Position numbers and translations under genes: made by a program
Shown: positions 28,469 through 38,632 of the stretch, piece after piece
Layout: every line of letters begins with the position of its first letter
Position numbering within the stretch: the stretch's first letter is position 1
Source: a virus
Lineage: Duplodnaviria; Caudoviricetes
IMG/VR virus record: IMGVR_UViG_3300031998_000004
Length of the DNA: 64,000 nucleotides
Direction: 5' to 3' (one strand)
The notes under the pieces: model-generated
The model's database searches: none
What the model saw: the letters and a program-made list of their open reading frames with translations, nothing else
What the model was told of the DNA's origin: nothing

Positions 28469-31400
28469 TTATCCGATTATCGGATTATATTTATCTGCAT
28501 TTACTCCAACAGAAGATATAAGTTTATCAACAACAGTAGCTTCGTATTTTGTAGTAATATTAAGAGTATAATTAATAGGATCCGAATATAATGAGTTTCT
28601 TATATCAAACGATATTGTTTTTGTAACGGAATCACTAGCATCGTCGTATATATATTCAACCATGACTGGAATTATGTATTCTTCCCCTGGATTTATAATC
28701 ATATATTTATTTGCATCCTTAGTGGTCATCTTCAATCCGTTTGTTTTTGTAGAAACCGGATAAACCCACATTCCTGGATCCGGAGAATCCTCAGCTGAAT
28801 GCATATTATCTTCATCAAGAGATAATTTAGAGGTCATCAATTGTACTCCACTCGCATAATATTCGGAATGATTATATGGATTATTAATTCTGAATGTTAT
28901 AATCTGATTAGCTGTTTGTAAAACGTATTCTCCATCGGAATTGAGATAATAAATACCTTTTGCAACATCTTCAGGATCGTCATCACCAGCAGAATAATTT
29001 TTTACATCAAATGCGGTAGGAGATAATCTATTTATTATCTCATCATTAGATGCTGGGAATAACGAGAATATCTTTAATGCGTGTGATGTTTTGTTGGTTA
29101 ATCTTATACCACATAAGATACTAACCAGACCATCACTATCAATATTATAGTTTCCAGAAACACCAGGGGTTCCGGTTGGTAATTCTGAATATCCCTTTAA
29201 TGTAACGTTTCCTGGTTCGAATGGAGATAAGGCAACAGAAGACTCATCAAAATCAAAATTAACACCAAGAGATTCAGCAAACGTACCTTCAACTTCGTCT
29301 TTAAGCAAGGTAAGTATATTATCCATCTCTTTTAGTTTATCTTCAAGTGGTATAATACGTCTTTCTGCCGTGTAGAAGCCGCTAGCTATATTCTTCGGTT
29401 TATGGAAGTACACCACGTCCTGGTCTTGAATAAAGTCATCCACGTGAGATGTTATACCATTATCTCGTAATATTCCTTCGAAGCGATTTGTTTCGATATC
29501 GTTATTGTTTTCTTTTATGATATCAACTACTGAAATATTTTGTAAGAACTCTATCGGAAATTCAAATGTAACCACATCGGACCAATCCGAAGTTATTTGG
29601 ATAAACGGATATCCAAAATCATATATAACCTTTAATTTCACATCAACATCTTCGCCTTGTGTGATAGGGATATCTATCTGGTTAAATGAAGGGGTGTTGG
29701 AATTCGAGTTATTATCTTCTGCAATATACTCACCATCTTTATATACTCGTGGGCGAAGAGGGGTATATAACTGGTTCCAACTAGAAAATACATAAGATTC
29801 GTCGGATTGAGTTCCCGGAATGTTGTTGCTTTCCTTTTTAAAATATGTTACTGCATTTGAGTTCTCTAATTGAGGATTCCTATATTGATATTGTACACAT
29901 ATTCCTTTAATATTCTTTTCGGAAACCCCAACACTCTCAGCGAAACTTACGAAATCGAAGAATCCGCGGATTCTATATTTTTCTTCTTCTATAGGAATAA
30001 TAGAATCGTTTGCAATTAATGCGATTTGGTTGGATGTTTTTAATAGAGAATCAATTATGCTATTTTTTTGCTTGATGTAATTATTTATTTGATTTTCTAT
30101 TTCATCACGGATTCCTGTTGTATCTTGGAAATCGATCGTAGCCAATTGTTTTTGTAGAGATACTAATGAAGTTTGTATTTCTGTCAATTTAGCATTTTCT
30201 TCATTCTTCTGACTATATAGAGAACGGATATTTTTAATGGTATCTGAATCATTTAGATGCTTGTTTATATGAACTACTTTGATAATATCAGGATCGATGA
30301 CTGGTTTGGCGGACATGTATCCATTTATCTCATCTTTTGTATGATCCGAAATAGTATTATCCTTCATTACTATAGATATCTCGTTTAATATATCACCGAT
30401 ATTTCTACAGTTCTTATAGTATGCCTGGAACGAATCGTCTTCTCCTACTTCAGCATCATTTCTTTTTAATTTATATACATCAACCAATACACCACTTCCC
30501 CAAGCGGCTCTAATATTCATCCTATCATTCATTGGTGCTATGGCTATATATACATACTGATCTTCTTCAAGAGGAACCTTCACCGTATTATTAAGACTAT
30601 ATGCATCCATCGATGTGAAGAATTTCATTACTGAAGATTCCTCAATGGTTCCCGATCCTGGATAAGCAGATAGATTTATATAGTTACCATACATTATTCT
30701 TAATTTAATAAGATTAGTATTGGTATTGATTTCCTCAATTTGGAATTTTGTACATCCATCTCCCGAAACCAGATAATTACCAACAGCAAGGGGTTTTTCT
30801 ATAGTCTGGTCAAATAGTAAATATGATAGATTCTTTTGATATCCGTCAATATTATTTGCAAAAACCAATTCAACATGTTGATCGAGATTTTCGTCAGTAT
30901 AGTCGTCCTTAATCTCTTTAATTACATACTTACCTTCTCCCACTCCGTTTTTGATAGGGAGCTTTGATGTAGTATCGTATAATACATAATCTTCATCTTC
31001 TATCATTCCATCCAGTAACTTATAGACATCTCCCCAAGATATGGTTTTTGATACATTATCTCCCAATAAAGTAGAGAATTTGTTTTTCATATTATCAGAA
31101 AGCGCAGCTACTTTACGAGTAACTGTTGATGTTATATCATTAGGTAAATTATTAAGATTAAATGATACGTATGGTATAGGGGTTAAGAAATCTTTGAGAA
31201 CATCATTATTTTCATGTTCAAATGTCAATGGACTATCCAATGAAACCGAAAGCGGGGGTTGTTCAAATTTTCTGACTTCAATAGTTCTACTATCCCCATC
31301 AAATACAAATGCAGCCTCTCCGGTTTCCGGTGAGTTAACTAAATTATCAAAATTGCTCTGAAGGGCATCTATTTTATTCTCTAATGATACAAACGAAGGA

Positions 31401-31537
31401 ATAGTGAATGATCCCTCATTAGTATCCACCACCACATAATCTTTATCCGCATAAAATGATTCGTTTAATGCTTTTAATAATTTAATATTAGCTGTTGTTA
31501 GTTCTGTAATTTGTTTTAAATAATCGGATATGCCCAT
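28469..31537 (-). CDS. Large putative virion structural protein
   Basis: 1022-aa ORF with a central coiled coil, in an operon with gp15/gp5-like genes. Confidence 0.55.
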   Translation of the reverse strand: MGISDYLKQITELTTANIKLLKALNESFYADKDYVVVDTNEGSFTIPSFVSLENKIDALQSNFDNLVNSPETGEAAFVFDGDSRTIEVRKFEQPPLSVSLDSPLTFEHENNDVLKDFLTPIPYVSFNLNNLPNDITSTVTRKVAALSDNMKNKFSTLLGDNVSKTISWGDVYKLLDGMIEDEDYVLYDTTSKLPIKNGVGEGKYVIKEIKDDYTDENLDQHVELVFANNIDGYQKNLSYLLFDQTIEKPLAVGNYLVSGDGCTKFQIEEINTNTNLIKLRIMYGNYINLSAYPGSGTIEESSVMKFFTSMDAYSLNNTVKVPLEEDQYVYIAIAPMNDRMNIRAAWGSGVLVDVYKLKRNDAEVGEDDSFQAYYKNCRNIGDILNEISIVMKDNTISDHTKDEINGYMSAKPVIDPDIIKVVHINKHLNDSDTIKNIRSLYSQKNEENAKLTEIQTSLVSLQKQLATIDFQDTTGIRDEIENQINNYIKQKNSIIDSLLKTSNQIALIANDSIIPIEEEKYRIRGFFDFVSFAESVGVSEKNIKGICVQYQYRNPQLENSNAVTYFKKESNNIPGTQSDESYVFSSWNQLYTPLRPRVYKDGEYIAEDNNSNSNTPSFNQIDIPITQGEDVDVKLKVIYDFGYPFIQITSDWSDVVTFEFPIEFLQNISVVDIIKENNNDIETNRFEGILRDNGITSHVDDFIQDQDVVYFHKPKNIASGFYTAERRIIPLEDKLKEMDNILTLLKDEVEGTFAESLGVNFDFDESSVALSPFEPGNVTLKGYSELPTGTPGVSGNYNIDSDGLVSILCGIRLTNKTSHALKIFSLFPASNDEIINRLSPTAFDVKNYSAGDDDPEDVAKGIYYLNSDGEYVLQTANQIITFRINNPYNHSEYYASGVQLMTSKLSLDEDNMHSAEDSPDPGMWVYPVSTKTNGLKMTTKDANKYMIINPGEEYIIPVMVEYIYDDASDSVTKTISFDIRNSLYSDPINYTLNITTKYEATVVDKLISSVGVNADKYNPIIG

Positions 31538-31612
31538 ATTTAAAGAGATTTAATTTGCTTAAATAATAATTATAATTCAAATACTTTTATGGTATAACAT
31601 TATTATTTTTGC

Positions 31613-33727
31613 ATGGATATAGATATAAATAGTATCAAAAATTTAATAGACAATTCCAAACAGGGCGTCAGAATTAAATCTAATAGAGAGTATGTATTGG
31701 ATAAGCATGCTGCCAAGGATTTAAATTCTTATTTGTTTTTTGATCCGTTCTACGCATTTGCTGATTTATTTTCTGAAGAAAGTAATCCCCTTTTAGAGCC
31801 AAGCGAAGAGGATGAGCGAAAAAACGATGATAAGTATAAGGTTGGTAGAAAAGGAGTAAGATCCATATTTAATAAGTCTGGTGCGGTTCTCTTGGGTGGC
31901 GACAACACCGCCCCTAGTGTATTAGATGCATCTGAATGGAGAATATCTAATAATGTTCCTTTAATAGATACTGCAAGAAATAGGGCGCGTATCCGAGAAA
32001 ATACGGGGTGTACAATTAAAGAACTTGTTGAGGCATCAGAATCCGGGATGCTTGGAAGAGCTACTTATGCATATTCTGACTTTATGTATTGCAAACATCT
32101 CGGGCAAATACCGAATAACTACCTTGTTACATTAAGGCGTTTTCCCACACCGGTGGATGATTACATATCGTCTGCGGGTACCCGCCCTGGTACAAGAAGA
32201 GAAGTTGAATCATCTAACCCGGTACAAATGGGATGTATGGTTACTTGGATGAATACTCCCGGTAATAATCTCGAAGAGATATTGACCTATTCAGTTAATA
32301 TGCCATACGAACAAAAACAGGCTCAATGGGAACAAGCTAATACAAGTGCAGATAATGGAAGCGGAATACTTAATGGGGCGGCTGCTTTATTTGATAGTAC
32401 ATATAGAAGACAGTATCAAGCGGGATTTTCTGGTGGAGCCATTAATCCATATGTAGAAAAATTGTTTGGTGGTAAAAATCTTGGAATTAATCCTCCATAT
32501 AGTGGAATGTTTGGATTTAGAGATCAAAATAAAGTATATGGTCCAGTAGATGCTGTTAAGAAAATTTATTATCGTGGACAAGATGGTATCAATTTTGATC
32601 AAAATATCAAACTAACATTTGAATACGAATTAAGATCTTATGATGGCATTAACGGAAAACAGGCTATGCTTGATTTAATAGCCAATATTCTTAATGTTAC
32701 ATATACCACAGGTACGTTCTGGGGGGGTGGATATTATGGTGGTGGCGCACATCAGAACAACGTATTTGCCAATCTTAATATTTTTAAAGCAAATGGTGGA
32801 TTTACAAGTTTTGTTGATGCATTTTCAAAAGACCTGAGTAATTTTCGAAATTCCGCAACGGGGAGCACGCTACTCGGGGCATGGAGAGGTAATGCAGATA
32901 GCATACAAGAAGTAATAGCGTTGATTAAAGGATTTTTAAACGATCTTGGTGGTATGTTGATTGGTGGTATGTTGAATAAGTTGGGTAGACCTCAAAAAGC
33001 AATGGTTAACTCACTCCTATCTCCAGCACCTACCGGCCTATGGCATCTCACCATTGGAAATCCATTTCATCCCATTATGTCTATGGGAAATATGATTTTA
33101 AAAAACACAACAATCACCCATACCGGTCCGCTCGGACTCGATGATTTTCCAACGGGACTCAAAGTTGTATGTGATTTAGAAAGAGGAAAACCTAGAGATA
33201 TACGAGAAATCGAATATATGTATATGAATGGAAATGATAGAATATATCATACCATGGGTCCAAAAATTTTGGATATGTATACACATGCGGAAACATATAA
33301 AGGAGAAGGGTTAACAAGTTTTTTAACACCCGACTCATTCTCATCTGTAATTAGTGCAATAGAAAAAAGAAACTCACCAACCGATGGCAATGATAAATCA
33401 AATGATGGATTAACCGCAGTCGAAGTTTCATCGGAAACGGTTTGGGATGAAAAAACTGGTGGTGTCAAAACCGCAGGAAAAACAACAATAAAACCTGGTT
33501 ATATTACATATGATGCAAATGGTAATAGAACAGTGAATGAGAACCTTGCTAGTACTTTAGGATTAAGTTATGGATCAATTCGAGGAGAAGGAGCAGGATA
33601 CAATTCATTAAATCTCATGAAATACTTTGGTACTGACGACGCATATCCGATTTACGTACAAGCTTGTGAGCAAGGGTATGGCGCTTGGAAGAAACAAGAA
33701 GGTACTACTGATAATAGTCTTCAATAA
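31613..33727 (+). CDS. putative baseplate/tail-tube-cap-like structural protein
   Basis: 704 aa; NNYLVTLRRFP, L.FEYELRS, WHLTIGNP.HP, LG.DDFP motifs. Confidence 0.45.
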   Translation: MDIDINSIKNLIDNSKQGVRIKSNREYVLDKHAAKDLNSYLFFDPFYAFADLFSEESNPLLEPSEEDERKNDDKYKVGRKGVRSIFNKSGAVLLGGDNTAPSVLDASEWRISNNVPLIDTARNRARIRENTGCTIKELVEASESGMLGRATYAYSDFMYCKHLGQIPNNYLVTLRRFPTPVDDYISSAGTRPGTRREVESSNPVQMGCMVTWMNTPGNNLEEILTYSVNMPYEQKQAQWEQANTSADNGSGILNGAAALFDSTYRRQYQAGFSGGAINPYVEKLFGGKNLGINPPYSGMFGFRDQNKVYGPVDAVKKIYYRGQDGINFDQNIKLTFEYELRSYDGINGKQAMLDLIANILNVTYTTGTFWGGGYYGGGAHQNNVFANLNIFKANGGFTSFVDAFSKDLSNFRNSATGSTLLGAWRGNADSIQEVIALIKGFLNDLGGMLIGGMLNKLGRPQKAMVNSLLSPAPTGLWHLTIGNPFHPIMSMGNMILKNTTITHTGPLGLDDFPTGLKVVCDLERGKPRDIREIEYMYMNGNDRIYHTMGPKILDMYTHAETYKGEGLTSFLTPDSFSSVISAIEKRNSPTDGNDKSNDGLTAVEVSSETVWDEKTGGVKTAGKTTIKPGYITYDANGNRTVNENLASTLGLSYGSIRGEGAGYNSLNLMKYFGTDDAYPIYVQACEQGYGAWKKQEGTTDNSLQ

Positions 33728-33730
33728 TTT

Positions 33731-34180
33731 ATGGATATTAAAAACTTTAAGCCATCAAAGTCTTCTCGTTACAGTCAAGGTTATATCAATGCAGGATCTT
33801 GCAAAAAGATCTTCCCCCAATTTGAACATGATAAAGTGATATACCGATCATCGTACGAGAAGACTTTTATTTATTGGTGCGAACGAAGTCCACGAATCAA
33901 ACACTGGGCCTCGGAGTGTATTTCTGTCCCCTATCTCGACCCAGAAGGCAACTGGCATCATTATTATCCCGATTTCTTTGTAGAGTATGCTGATGGAAAG
34001 TATGCTGTGGTAGAAATAAAACCATCCTCTCAAACAAAGCAACCTGTTAACGAAAACAGTTGGTTTGCGAAAGAATGGCGTAAAAATTTCTGTAAGTGGA
34101 AATCCACTAAAGAGTTCTGTGATAGTAAAGGTTGGGACTTTAAGATCCTAACCGAGAAGACTATTGCAATGATGGGTTAA
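33731..34180 (+). CDS. Head completion nuclease (T4 gp4-like, TnsA N-terminal fold)
   Basis: YRSSYE, WASE...VPY, YYPDF, EIKP..QT, KW...F.ILTE. Confidence 0.85.
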   Translation: MDIKNFKPSKSSRYSQGYINAGSCKKIFPQFEHDKVIYRSSYEKTFIYWCERSPRIKHWASECISVPYLDPEGNWHHYYPDFFVEYADGKYAVVEIKPSSQTKQPVNENSWFAKEWRKNFCKWKSTKEFCDSKGWDFKILTEKTIAMMG

Positions 34181-34397
34181 TACTTCTCCAATCACCAGCA
34201 AGAAAATTCCCAAGATCTTCAGGTTTCCACCCACAACAATCAATCACATATGATGCACAAATTTCTATAGCTCGTTTAGTATCTTGACTTAGATACTGCA
34301 TATTACTATCTGTTTCCTTACACCTCTCATAATATTCGATTCCGCCTCGCTTGTAAGCAAAGAGCAAATTTTCGAAATAATGTTCTTCGTTACTCAT
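34161..34397 (-). CDS. hypothetical protein
   Basis: 78-aa ORF in the operon. Confidence 0.5.
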   Translation of the reverse strand: MSNEEHYFENLLFAYKRGGIEYYERCKETDSNMQYLSQDTKRAIEICASYVIDCCGWKPEDLGNFLAGDWRSINPSLQ

Positions 34398-34399
34398 AA

Positions 34400-34666
34400 T
34401 TATTCAGCGGGTTCGTAAGTCTCTTCAAATATATCCGGTTTGCAAGGATAGAACTCACCACGGACTCCTTTAATAATCCAATCACCTTGACTGGCATGCA
34501 TAGGACCTTCAAGTGTGTGAATATGAATCTCTGATTTCATTTCCCCATCTCTCATATGGTTGGTTATACGGATATCAGCTCGATTAACAAATTCGAGCAC
34601 TTCATTGACATTTTCTCCTGTCCACTGCAGGGCTTCAATGACTACTGGTTTCTTTCTGTATTTCAT
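34400..34666 (-). CDS. Conserved small phage protein (RKKPVVIEA...GDWIIKG..GEFYPCKPDIF family), candidate nucleotide-signal sponge
   Basis: Highly recognisable widespread phage family motif. Confidence 0.7.
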   Translation of the reverse strand: MKYRKKPVVIEALQWTGENVNEVLEFVNRADIRITNHMRDGEMKSEIHIHTLEGPMHASQGDWIIKGVRGEFYPCKPDIFEETYEPAE

Positions 34667-34676
34667 ATTTTTTTAT

Positions 34677-34883
34677 TTAATTTTTAGGTTTTTCTGGTAA
34701 AGGCATCCAATACTCCACCTCCAAAGCATCACATTCGTGGTCGTCACCATCAAATGTATCCCAACTCTTGTAGTAAGCGTTCCAATAAAGGATAGTTACT
34801 TCTCCGCGATACCATACAAGACAAGGAGTATCCTCTGTATATGGTGGTCTTAATATTTCTGTTTTAATCCATTCCATATTCAT
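34677..34883 (-). CDS. DUF551-like protein
   Basis: MEWI....P ... V.YWMPLPE.P. Confidence 0.7.
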   Translation of the reverse strand: MNMEWIKTEILRPPYTEDTPCLVWYRGEVTILYWNAYYKSWDTFDGDDHECDALEVEYWMPLPEKPKN

Positions 34884-35293
34884 AAATTAAATTTTAATTC
34901 TTCTTGCAATTCCTTTCTTTTATCTTCGAGTTGTTTTACTTGCATTATTTGTTGTATATTTACCTTTACGGCACCACTCGTGTTAGTTTGATTGGATATA
35001 CCATAAATATCTCGAATTTGTGATTCAATATCGCGTATTGATGCAAGTATTTCTTTACACCGATTTTTCTTCTTTTCAATCTCCTCTTTATCCGATGAGG
35101 TCATAACACGATCTTTTATACCTCTTAACCAATCAATTTGTTTATATTTGAATTCAATACCCTTTTTGGTATTTTCTTTTTCCTCGATGGTTGAATGTGG
35201 ATCTTCGAATGTAAACTCGTAAGCATCTATTAATGTTAAAAGTTCTATCTCTATAGAACTCAATATTTTATCATCATCCTCGGTCCAATTCAT
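34880..35293 (-). CDS. hypothetical coiled-coil protein (likely start MNWTEDD)
   Basis: WTEDD..I....IDWL motif of Bacteroidota phage proteins. Confidence 0.5.
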   Translation of the reverse strand: MNWTEDDDKILSSIEIELLTLIDAYEFTFEDPHSTIEEKENTKKGIEFKYKQIDWLRGIKDRVMTSSDKEEIEKKKNRCKEILASIRDIESQIRDIYGISNQTNTSGAVKVNIQQIMQVKQLEDKRKELQEELKFNL

Positions 35294-35294
35294 A

Positions 35295-35798
35295 TTACTT
35301 ATTAACTCTTTGTTTATCGCCCTGCCACTGACCATCATACATATGAGATTCTCCTACTGGATAACTCTCAAACACGAGGGCCTGAGCCATCCTGGCACCT
35401 TTGTCAATACTGATAGGGAGAATGACATGAAGGAAACAACCAACGTTATCTGTATGGAACCCCGCGTCGAACTGTCCCGAATGACATATTGCTCCGCACC
35501 TTACAAGACTCGACCTGGTCTTGATTTGGAGAGTTGCATTGTTAGGAATATTACATCCTTCCTCAAATTCTACTTCATAGTATCCCGGACTAAGGACATA
35601 TGTCTTGTCATCAAAAGGACGCATTGATACTGACGGTGGAGTAATGGTTTTTCCGGTTTCTGGTACGTGCCCACTAGCCTTTTCATTTACAATTTTAATA
35701 TCCTTAACCCGCAGGTCTATACCCTGTTGCTGCATACCAGCAACTACTGATTTAGTAATAATACCTCTTTCAACAATCTGTGCTCCTGTTAACTGCAT
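35295..35798 (-). CDS. Trimeric dUTPase/dCTP deaminase family protein
   Basis: GIDLR, RSSLVRCG, FDAGF, ARMAQ and YDGQWQG motifs. Confidence 0.85.
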   Translation of the reverse strand: MQLTGAQIVERGIITKSVVAGMQQQGIDLRVKDIKIVNEKASGHVPETGKTITPPSVSMRPFDDKTYVLSPGYYEVEFEEGCNIPNNATLQIKTRSSLVRCGAICHSGQFDAGFHTDNVGCFLHVILPISIDKGARMAQALVFESYPVGESHMYDGQWQGDKQRVNK

Positions 35799-36546
35799 AC
35801 TCTTTGTTTATGTTTAGTTTATTGTAATCTCTATCAAACATTTTAATATCTAAAAGAAACTCATTAAATAAAGTCTTCCAAGGAATACAGATACACACCC
35901 CGTACCACTCCTTATCTCCAACTCTCGTCCAAGACTTTAAGAGTTCTGCATTATGTCCCCAAATCTTACAAGGATATACACCATTACAACTATGGTCTCT
36001 ACCTTGTTTCTTTTCCTCCGCCTGGATAAACCTATCAATAGTATCCCAATCCCATTCAGTTGAGACTTTTTTCACCATATCATAGAAGTAACGATTTGCA
36101 CATACTTCGTAGAAATGTTTAGGTGTTACGTAGAGATAGTAATCAGGACCTTCTCCCGTGTTGGTTGGTTTAACTGCCCAACCTTGTTTCTTTCCTTCGA
36201 AGTCACTCCAGAGTTCAATACACATATCCCCAGTATCCCATTGACGGAACTTTTCAGAGAAGTTCAACCAGAACACATCAAGGGATTTTGCATACAATTG
36301 TATAGAACAGTCTACATCCAGATCTTGAAGAAACCGTTGACTGGGGTTTTTATAATCATATCTACGAATCTGTGTTGCGTGTAGATATCTCGTGTAAAAT
36401 TCATCTGCAATGGGTTGTCCGATCTTTTCCACGTAGAGACAATCTCGAAAGCTCTCACCCGTGGAAGTATAATCTTCCCATCGACCAGTTAAAGAGTTTT
36501 CACAACGCAAGTTTTTTGGGTTTTCCCATAATATATCATTACTCAT
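35770..36546 (-). CDS. putative PD-(D/E)xK nuclease-like protein
   Basis: Q..DVD...SEK.R...D..IE.WS...GW pattern. Confidence 0.45.
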   Translation of the reverse strand: MSNDILWENPKNLRCENSLTGRWEDYTSTGESFRDCLYVEKIGQPIADEFYTRYLHATQIRRYDYKNPSQRFLQDLDVDCSIQLYAKSLDVFWLNFSEKFRQWDTGDMCIELWSDFEGKKQGWAVKPTNTGEGPDYYLYVTPKHFYEVCANRYFYDMVKKVSTEWDWDTIDRFIQAEEKKQGRDHSCNGVYPCKIWGHNAELLKSWTRVGDKEWYGVCICIPWKTLFNEFLLDIKMFDRDYNKLNINKEYAVNRSTDC

Positions 36547-36558
36547 GTCATAAAATAT

Positions 36559-36587
36559 AAAAAAGAGCTATTTAATATAGCTCTCTT
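36559..36587 (-). terminator. Rho-independent terminator
   Basis: AGAGCTAT...ATAGCTCT with an A-tract on +. Confidence 0.6.
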
Positions 36588-37415
36588 CTAATTAGTCTTC
36601 TTTGAAAACACTGCTTTTATGTGAGTAAAATCTGTATCTCCCAACGTAATAGAGAAATCTTCTTCAATCTTGTCTTTTATGAAAGGAACAATGAATCGAA
36701 TGAAATAATCAAGATTGTAAGAATCTTTGAACATGTCTAAAAAATCTTCAATATCGATAGGGAAATAGTTTTCGTTGACTTCTCTATTCCAATTAATCTG
36801 CCAACGATACTTGAGAAGATAATGAAGAGCGTTATGTTTGTTTTCAATAGGCCCCCACTTTTCACAGAACTGTTCCCTCCTTTCCTTAGGTACGTTGCCC
36901 TTTGCGTCCCATTTGATATTGTTTATCCATTCAACCGGAGTGGGAGTAGCGAGGGTGTCCCAGGGAACCATCATATCACGAACACATATATAATCGAATC
37001 CTGTGTCGAGCACTCTCTTCCAGAATGTATCAATGTCTTCGCGACTCTTGGCATAGGAGTAAACTTCGTGAACCACTGAAGAGAGAATGAGCACTTTCTT
37101 TTTATCATTGCCCAAAAGTTCATACCGAACATCGTTCCAATCGGAAGTGAAAAGTACGTTCTTGGGAGATTCTGAAATCTTCGTACGCGCGATATCAATC
37201 ATCTGTTCGGAAATGTCAAATCCAATGTACTGATTATAAGGATTCAAGGAATGATAGAGTGCATCGATAAGAGAGCCATCAGCACAGCCGAAATCTACAA
37301 AGACATATCCGAACTCATTAGGAAGGTGCTCGAGAAAGAACATTTTATCCTCGAGACCTTTCGCCATGTTCTGATTGTAAACCTTCAGGTTTTCGAATTT
37401 CTTACCTACTTCCAT
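36588..37415 (-). CDS. Class I SAM-dependent methyltransferase
   Basis: VDFGCADG, GFDIS..M, LSSVVHEVYSY. Confidence 0.8.
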   Translation of the reverse strand: MEVGKKFENLKVYNQNMAKGLEDKMFFLEHLPNEFGYVFVDFGCADGSLIDALYHSLNPYNQYIGFDISEQMIDIARTKISESPKNVLFTSDWNDVRYELLGNDKKKVLILSSVVHEVYSYAKSREDIDTFWKRVLDTGFDYICVRDMMVPWDTLATPTPVEWINNIKWDAKGNVPKERREQFCEKWGPIENKHNALHYLLKYRWQINWNREVNENYFPIDIEDFLDMFKDSYNLDYFIRFIVPFIKDKIEEDFSITLGDTDFTHIKAVFSKKTN

Positions 37416-37418
37416 ACC

Positions 37419-37658
37419 TTAGTTGAATTTAGGGAGAACGAGATAAGCATCATGAAGATGCTTGAGGAGATTATCGACTGTGATATGATCGGTGTGCCAA
37501 CCATTAATTATGATACGATCCGGAAAGATTTCAAACTCGTCATTATGAGTTACTCGACCACTGGTATAGCCTTTCTCTTTAAGAACTATTCTGATGTCGC
37601 TTACAATCTCCTCATGTAACCGCCAAAATGCATTTTCGTTTTTTACGTAAAGATCCAT
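37419..37658 (-). CDS. hypothetical protein
   Basis: 79-aa ORF in the operon. Confidence 0.5.
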   Translation of the reverse strand: MDLYVKNENAFWRLHEEIVSDIRIVLKEKGYTSGRVTHNDEFEIFPDRIIINGWHTDHITVDNLLKHLHDAYLVLPKFN

Positions 37659-37708
37659 AGTACAATTATTTTATGAATTTAATTAACAAACCCACTTCCA
37701 ATCTTTAA

Positions 37709-38620
37709 TTAGAAATCAAACAAACTCATCTCAATACTTCCATCAGGGTTAAGTGTTTGATAACCAATAGCTTCCAAGATTCGATTGAACGGATCAATCA
37801 TATATTGACGGAACATCTCATCACGAGAAACAGGCGCATACTGATCAGCCCACTTCGGATACTTGCCTCTCTGGAATGCAAAGTATTGAACATCGCTTTT
37901 CGGACTAGCTCCTAGTGGCCTGTACATATAAATCTTAAACTTACTCCCACCATACATTGGTTCACCAGGAAGATTGTATTTCTGTCTTAACCAGTTATAT
38001 GTGCCAAGAGCTCGTGGGCCGGGTGGGCATTTGGGATTCACTTTCAATCCGCTAGGGTCAGAGTCATTCGCTATATATTTGGTGTATCCATTGACTCCAA
38101 TACTTGCACAGATATCCTCTAGAGGAGCTTCGAAAAATTTCTTCTTCTCTTCCTGCATCTTGATGTTAAGTTTTTGAGTCATGAATTGTTCGTCTTCCTC
38201 TTCAAGCAAATAACGAACCATCCGCTTCAGACCTTCGCGAGCTGCCTTAGGAACACTAGATTTGATCATTTCGAGACCTTTGACTTTCAGTGGAAGATTA
38301 TCTGTGTCGAAGGCCTTGCCGTCTTTCCAGAGAAGGAGTTGCGCGTAACGTTTCTTTGTATCTAATCTAACTTCTTGATAATTAAGGGTTTCCAGTTCAA
38401 AATTTTGAACGCTTTTTGCATGCCGCCCTTTATAATATTCGTTCATGAACTCTCTATTATGAGCATCAAGAAATTCTGTATTAAGGCGAACAAGAAAATC
38501 TCTTATTTGTTCAATAGACCATTTTTCAACTCCTTCAATTGTTTGAATAAGATTATTATAACACAAGTATGCGCTATCTGTGTCACCTCCAGTTATAGTA
38601 ACTAATTGTTTTTCTTGCAT
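37709..38620 (-). CDS. DNA polymerase family B, C-terminal part (palm motif C and thumb)
   Basis: GGDTDSAY, FELE, KKRYA, KGLE; ends with the clamp-binding-like SLFDF. Confidence 0.9.
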   Translation of the reverse strand: MQEKQLVTITGGDTDSAYLCYNNLIQTIEGVEKWSIEQIRDFLVRLNTEFLDAHNREFMNEYYKGRHAKSVQNFELETLNYQEVRLDTKKRYAQLLLWKDGKAFDTDNLPLKVKGLEMIKSSVPKAAREGLKRMVRYLLEEEDEQFMTQKLNIKMQEEKKKFFEAPLEDICASIGVNGYTKYIANDSDPSGLKVNPKCPPGPRALGTYNWLRQKYNLPGEPMYGGSKFKIYMYRPLGASPKSDVQYFAFQRGKYPKWADQYAPVSRDEMFRQYMIDPFNRILEAIGYQTLNPDGSIEMSLFDF

Positions 38621-38632
38621 GTTAAAATATAT

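Noticed and set aside
33731-34180. TnsA transposase of a Tn7-like element
   Set aside because: There are no tnsB/tnsC genes or transposon ends. The motifs and context fit the T4 gp4 head completion nuclease.
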